IMG/VR virus record: IMGVR_UViG_3300018080_000169
DNA from: an uncultured virus (IMG/VR IMGVR_UViG_3300018080_000169)
Lineage: Duplodnaviria > Heunggongvirae > Uroviricota > Caudoviricetes
Strand: one strand, 5' to 3'
Length of the DNA stretch: 20,000 nt
In this document: positions 16,781 through 20,000 of the stretch, piece after piece
Layout of the letters: every line of letters begins with the position of its first letter
How positions within the stretch are numbered: position 1 is the stretch's first letter
The notes under the pieces: generated by a model
What the model was told of the DNA's origin: nothing
Seen by the model: the letters and a program-made list of their open reading frames with translations, nothing else
Databases searched by the model: none
Translations under genes and position numbers: made by a program

Positions 16781-16936
16781 TTTGTTTGTTTTTTTAGTTA
16801 AACAATTTGTTATTTGAATATATAACGAAACGAAAATTTAAAGTAATGAAATTTAAAAATTTATATCTTAAATTTTTACGTAAAAATTTTATAAAAGTTT
16901 CAGCATAACGAAAAAATTTTTTAAAACAATAAAAAA

Positions 16937-16968
16937 TTATTACTTTAAAAATCTATTTCGTTATATTA
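16937..16968 (+). promoter_or_regulatory. Inverted (plus-strand) copy of the bipartite repeat
   Basis: TTATTACTTTAAAAATCTATTTCGTTATATTA has the same two boxes and spacing as the minus-strand copies and is divergent from the copy at 16818. Confidence 0.8.
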
Positions 16969-17313
16969 ATAAAATTATGAAAAAGCTATGAGGGGAGAGA
17001 ATTTTAAGGGGTCTAAATAAGCCCCTTAAAAGCCCCATTAGAGTAGTGTTTCCAGAGGTTAGGGGGTCTAATTAGGGGGTCTAAATAGCTTCGTATCAAT
17101 AATAAGCCCCTAAATTAAGCACGTCCAAATAGCCATCCAAGTCCGCTCACAAAATTTTTGCCAATTTTTTGAAATAGTTTTCAACCATCGATTTTCCTTA
17201 ATCCCCCTCTTAAATTTGCTTTTTTCCTGTAGGGATTTTGACTTCCAAATAAAAGTGTTTTAAAAAAATTTTTCCAGGAAATTTTTTGGAAAATTTTTCC
17301 CCCACTTAAACAC

Positions 17314-17332
17314 ACTTTTTCTTCCTATTTAT
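17314..17332 (+). promoter_or_regulatory. Putative second-class (late?) promoter motif ACTTTT..CTATTTAT
   Basis: actttttcttcctatttat ending 18 nt before the ATG at 17351; near-identical motif at 17978. Confidence 0.5.
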
Positions 17333-17350
17333 TATAAAATATATTAAGCC

Positions 17351-17968
17351 ATGACAAAAGAAGAGTTAGTTGAATTATTAAGGGAATGTATAGACCTAGT
17401 TTTAATGGAAGAAGAGTTAATGTTAACTGAACAAGAAATTTTAACAATAAAGGAACAAATAGATGAATGTATAACAGAGGATGAAGAATTATTAAATGAG
17501 GCTGTTGCATCTATGGCCATAAGCATAATGTTATCTGCTCCAAAATTAATTGAGTGGATTGGTAAGGCTGTAAAGTTCATTGTGAATCAAATAAAAAAAG
17601 TAATAGGCAAAGATACTCAAAAAGAAAATTTTGGAGATAAAATAATAGGGGTTGGTCATAAATTAGAAAAATTTTATATTAAATCAATAAAATTTCTTCT
17701 TAAAACAACTGGTTTAGCGAAAAAAGCTGGCATTAAAGATGACAAAGAGCTTGAAAAAACAGCAAAAATTATCTTCTACGTAATATTGTTTGGGGCTGCA
17801 ATAGCTGCTGGGTATGCCACAATTGATTCTATTGGTTCAATTATATCAGGAAATGCTGGCAGCACTTCTGGTGTTGCAACCTATGGGAGCATCAAAGGTA
17901 GTTTAGCTGGAATTAAATCATCTGAAATTATAGGAGCTCTTACAAAATTTAAAGGTAAAATATTTTAA
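17351..17968 (+). CDS. Hypothetical protein with acidic N-terminal leader and hydrophobic C-terminal helices
   Basis: 205 aa; LxE-rich N-terminus (LMEEE, LTE, LLNE) and a hydrophobic segment IIFYVILFGAAIAAG. Confidence 0.85.
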   Translation: MTKEELVELLRECIDLVLMEEELMLTEQEILTIKEQIDECITEDEELLNEAVASMAISIMLSAPKLIEWIGKAVKFIVNQIKKVIGKDTQKENFGDKIIGVGHKLEKFYIKSIKFLLKTTGLAKKAGIKDDKELEKTAKIIFYVILFGAAIAAGYATIDSIGSIISGNAGSTSGVATYGSIKGSLAGIKSSEIIGALTKFKGKIF

Positions 17969-17977
17969 TATTAATAA

Positions 17978-17996
17978 ACTTTTCTTTCTATTTATA
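17978..17996 (+). promoter_or_regulatory. Putative second-class (late?) promoter motif ACTTTT..CTATTTAT
   Basis: acttttctttctatttata ending 12 nt before the ATG at 18009. Confidence 0.5.
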
Positions 17997-18008
17997 AAAA
18001 AGAAAACA

Positions 18009-19889
18009 ATGCCTAAAAAGTTGCGAAAATTTATAAGGAAATCTCTTATTGAAAATTTTTTAAATGAAGAGAAGAAAGCAATGGTTTTATATCATGGTTC
18101 TCCTTATGTATTTAAAGAATTCGGGGATAGGTTAACATTTTTTTCAGATAATGAAAATTTTGCAGTAGATTATGCAGTGCAGAAATCTCATGAGGGTGCA
18201 ATGGACAAAGAGCCGAATTTATATAAAGTCAAAGTCAATACAGATATTTTCAATATAAATAACGAGAAAGAATTTGAAGAGCTTGTAAAACTGCTTCCAG
18301 ATGAAATAGAATTTTTTCCTACGAACTTTCCGATTCCACATAAGATTAAAAAAGATGAAATTTTAATGAACATGCGTGGTTTTGATATTTTAGAGCCAGA
18401 TGAAGAAACTTTAAAGGCAAAAGTTGGTGATAGGCTTAAAACATTTGACCATGAGGCTTACGAGGTATATAAAATTGATGATGAATATGTGTATGGTTTT
18501 TCTGCAAGATATTATAATTATATATTATCGGATGCTTTTAAGGACCCTTTAGATGTAAAAGTTACAAAAAGAGAAATGCTTGAGCCATTTAAAGAAGTAA
18601 AGGACTATGTTAAAAATCTTGTTAAAAAATATGAGAATACAAATTATGTAAGTGATAATGTATTACAGATGTGGGCAATGAGTTTAAGGAGAAATGAAAG
18701 TTATCTTGTGGATTTAAAAGACGTTTCTGATGATGAAAAGAAAAAGTTTTTTGAATTATATGATAAAGCAAAAGAGGATGCAAAAGACGTTTTAATAAAA
18801 TTGGGATATATTAAAAAATTTATTAAAAAGCCAACTCGTATAGAATTGGATGAAACATGGCGATATTTTGAGAACGAAACAGTTATGAACATTATTCGTA
18901 AGTTGGGGTATGGGGGTTATGTTGCAAAAGAGCGTAAACAAAATACATATGCTATTTTTAATCCAAAACAAGATGTTCAGATAATAGAATACCAGTTGCC
19001 TGTTGGTTTTGAATTTGAAAGCATTGAAGAATATAAAAATTATCAATTATATTTAAAAAAAATGTATGAAAAATTTGGAGAAAAAGCTTGGCACATAAAC
19101 AGATGGGATGTTTATAAACTTTTTAAAGCTGGTGTAAAAGAGGATGGGGCATATAAAGAATTGGCAAGTAAAATGAATATAAGCGAAATCATACAAGAAA
19201 TTTTGGAAGCAAGCGGAATTCCTTTTGGTGAACCTAAATGGGCTGGGGGTATAACTCCATTTGAGTTGGGGTTAATATTAAAAGATAAGCTAGGGTTTAA
19301 AAAATTAGAAGAAATAGGGGAAGGTACCAATGGTGTTGCGTATTCTATTGGGGATAATAAAGTATTAAAAATAACAACTGATTTATCTGAATATGCCGAA
19401 GCCATGAAAATCAAAGGGAAAAAGAATAGACATTTGGCTGATGTATATGGTGTTTATAGATTAAGCGGAAAATATAAGAACCTTGTTATAATAATTTCTG
19501 AATATTTAAAAACTGATTTTGTTCATACAAATGATATGGATTATATTTTACATAGAGTATTTAACGAATTATTTGAATCTGAGTATAGCTACTTTAATGA
19601 ATTTATACAAGATTATATAAATGGTATGATTTCAATAAAAGATTTTCAAGAAATCAAAGAAGAATTATTTTCGAAAGAAAACGAGCATATGTTTGAGGGG
19701 GCAGAGGCTTTTGATTATGCTATAGATTTTTTTAATATGTTGGAAGAAATAAGATATTTAGGAATAACAAGTGCAGATTTTGGCCCAACCAATTTTGGAT
19801 ATAAAAAAGATGGAAGTTTAGCATATTTAGATTATGGTTTTGGCGAAGAAATTGGAGAAGAAGATTTTTCTAATACATTAATTATATAA
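18009..19889 (+). CDS. Putative ADP-ribosyltransferase-like / protein-kinase-like fusion protein
   Basis: N-terminal half has LYHGS, FFSDNENFAVDYA, LYKVKV and GYGGYV...YAIFNPKQ. C-terminal part has IGEGTNGVAY, VLKIT, ADFGPTNFG and LDYG. Confidence 0.75.
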   Translation: MPKKLRKFIRKSLIENFLNEEKKAMVLYHGSPYVFKEFGDRLTFFSDNENFAVDYAVQKSHEGAMDKEPNLYKVKVNTDIFNINNEKEFEELVKLLPDEIEFFPTNFPIPHKIKKDEILMNMRGFDILEPDEETLKAKVGDRLKTFDHEAYEVYKIDDEYVYGFSARYYNYILSDAFKDPLDVKVTKREMLEPFKEVKDYVKNLVKKYENTNYVSDNVLQMWAMSLRRNESYLVDLKDVSDDEKKKFFELYDKAKEDAKDVLIKLGYIKKFIKKPTRIELDETWRYFENETVMNIIRKLGYGGYVAKERKQNTYAIFNPKQDVQIIEYQLPVGFEFESIEEYKNYQLYLKKMYEKFGEKAWHINRWDVYKLFKAGVKEDGAYKELASKMNISEIIQEILEASGIPFGEPKWAGGITPFELGLILKDKLGFKKLEEIGEGTNGVAYSIGDNKVLKITTDLSEYAEAMKIKGKKNRHLADVYGVYRLSGKYKNLVIIISEYLKTDFVHTNDMDYILHRVFNELFESEYSYFNEFIQDYINGMISIKDFQEIKEELFSKENEHMFEGAEAFDYAIDFFNMLEEIRYLGITSADFGPTNFGYKKDGSLAYLDYGFGEEIGEEDFSNTLII

Positions 19890-20000
19890 TTGTTTTGGCA
19901 CAAGCCCTTTTTGAAAATATATTGATTTACAAAATTTTAATGGAATTTTAAATTTTATATTTTCTTTTATTATTGATACTTGATTTTCATTACATCCTTG

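Larger units (their letters stand above)
120..16849 (-). repeat. Dispersed 32-bp bipartite repeat, 39 minus-strand copies (putative early promoter and/or cassette boundary site)
   Basis: The + strand reads ttatataacgaa-N11-aagtaatga. Copies start at about 120, 661, 908, 1530, 2032, 2703 (degenerate), 2964, 3251, 3583, 3994, 4641, 5050, 5204, 5621, 6497, 6849, 7284, 7663, 8096, 8625, 8878, 9269, 9805, 9972, 10289, 10501, 10768, 11292, 11592, 12041, 12673, 13174, 13606, 13927, 14601, 14852, 15885, 16006 and 16818. Spacing between the two boxes is constant, and all but 16006 sit ~5-40 nt upstream of a plausible minus-strand gene start. Confidence 0.95.

Noticed and set aside
120..16849. CRISPR array interpretation of the 32-bp repeats
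   Set aside because: The intervals are ~90-1000 bp and contain genes, the repeat centre is variable, and no cas genes are present.
120..16849. Canonical integron attC array
   Set aside because: The repeat is not an extended imperfect palindrome, it is tied to start codons like a promoter, and no IntI is present in the window.
17325..19414. Minus-strand ORFs overlapping the two plus-strand genes
   Set aside because: Antisense shadows with implausible composition.
19984..20000. Possible further plus-strand repeat copy (ttttcattacat)
   Set aside because: Only the first box is visible and the window ends before the second box could be checked.
1..20000. Stop-codon reassignment as seen in some large phages
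   Set aside because: Genes are intact and densely packed under the standard code, with no recognisable protein interrupted by TAG or TGA.

Overview
Very AT-rich DNA that looks like part of a large lytic phage genome (inference; a conjugative-element leading region is not excluded). The A-rich leaders without Shine-Dalgarno sequences suggest a Bacteroidota-type host. Positions 1-16850 are a minus-strand array of about 47 mostly small hypothetical genes. It is divided into 1-4 gene modules by 39 copies of a 32-bp bipartite repeat (minus-strand consensus TTCATTACTT-N11-TTCGTTATATAA, invariant spacing). Each copy lies shortly upstream of a start codon and often abuts or overlaps the previous stop codon or a hairpin terminator. 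Recognisable cargo is ArdC anti-restriction protein, DUF2958, a putative Cys-His-Asp peptidase-like protein and a pair of paralogous Zn-ribbon micro-proteins. A 40th, inverted copy at 16937 points into a ~380-bp non-coding, repeat-rich strand-switch region. Two plus-strand genes follow, each with a different upstream motif (ACTTTT..CTATTTAT); the second is a 626-aa ADP-ribosyltransferase-like/protein-kinase fusion. The main candidate system is the repeat-delimited, apparently shufflable gene-cassette array.
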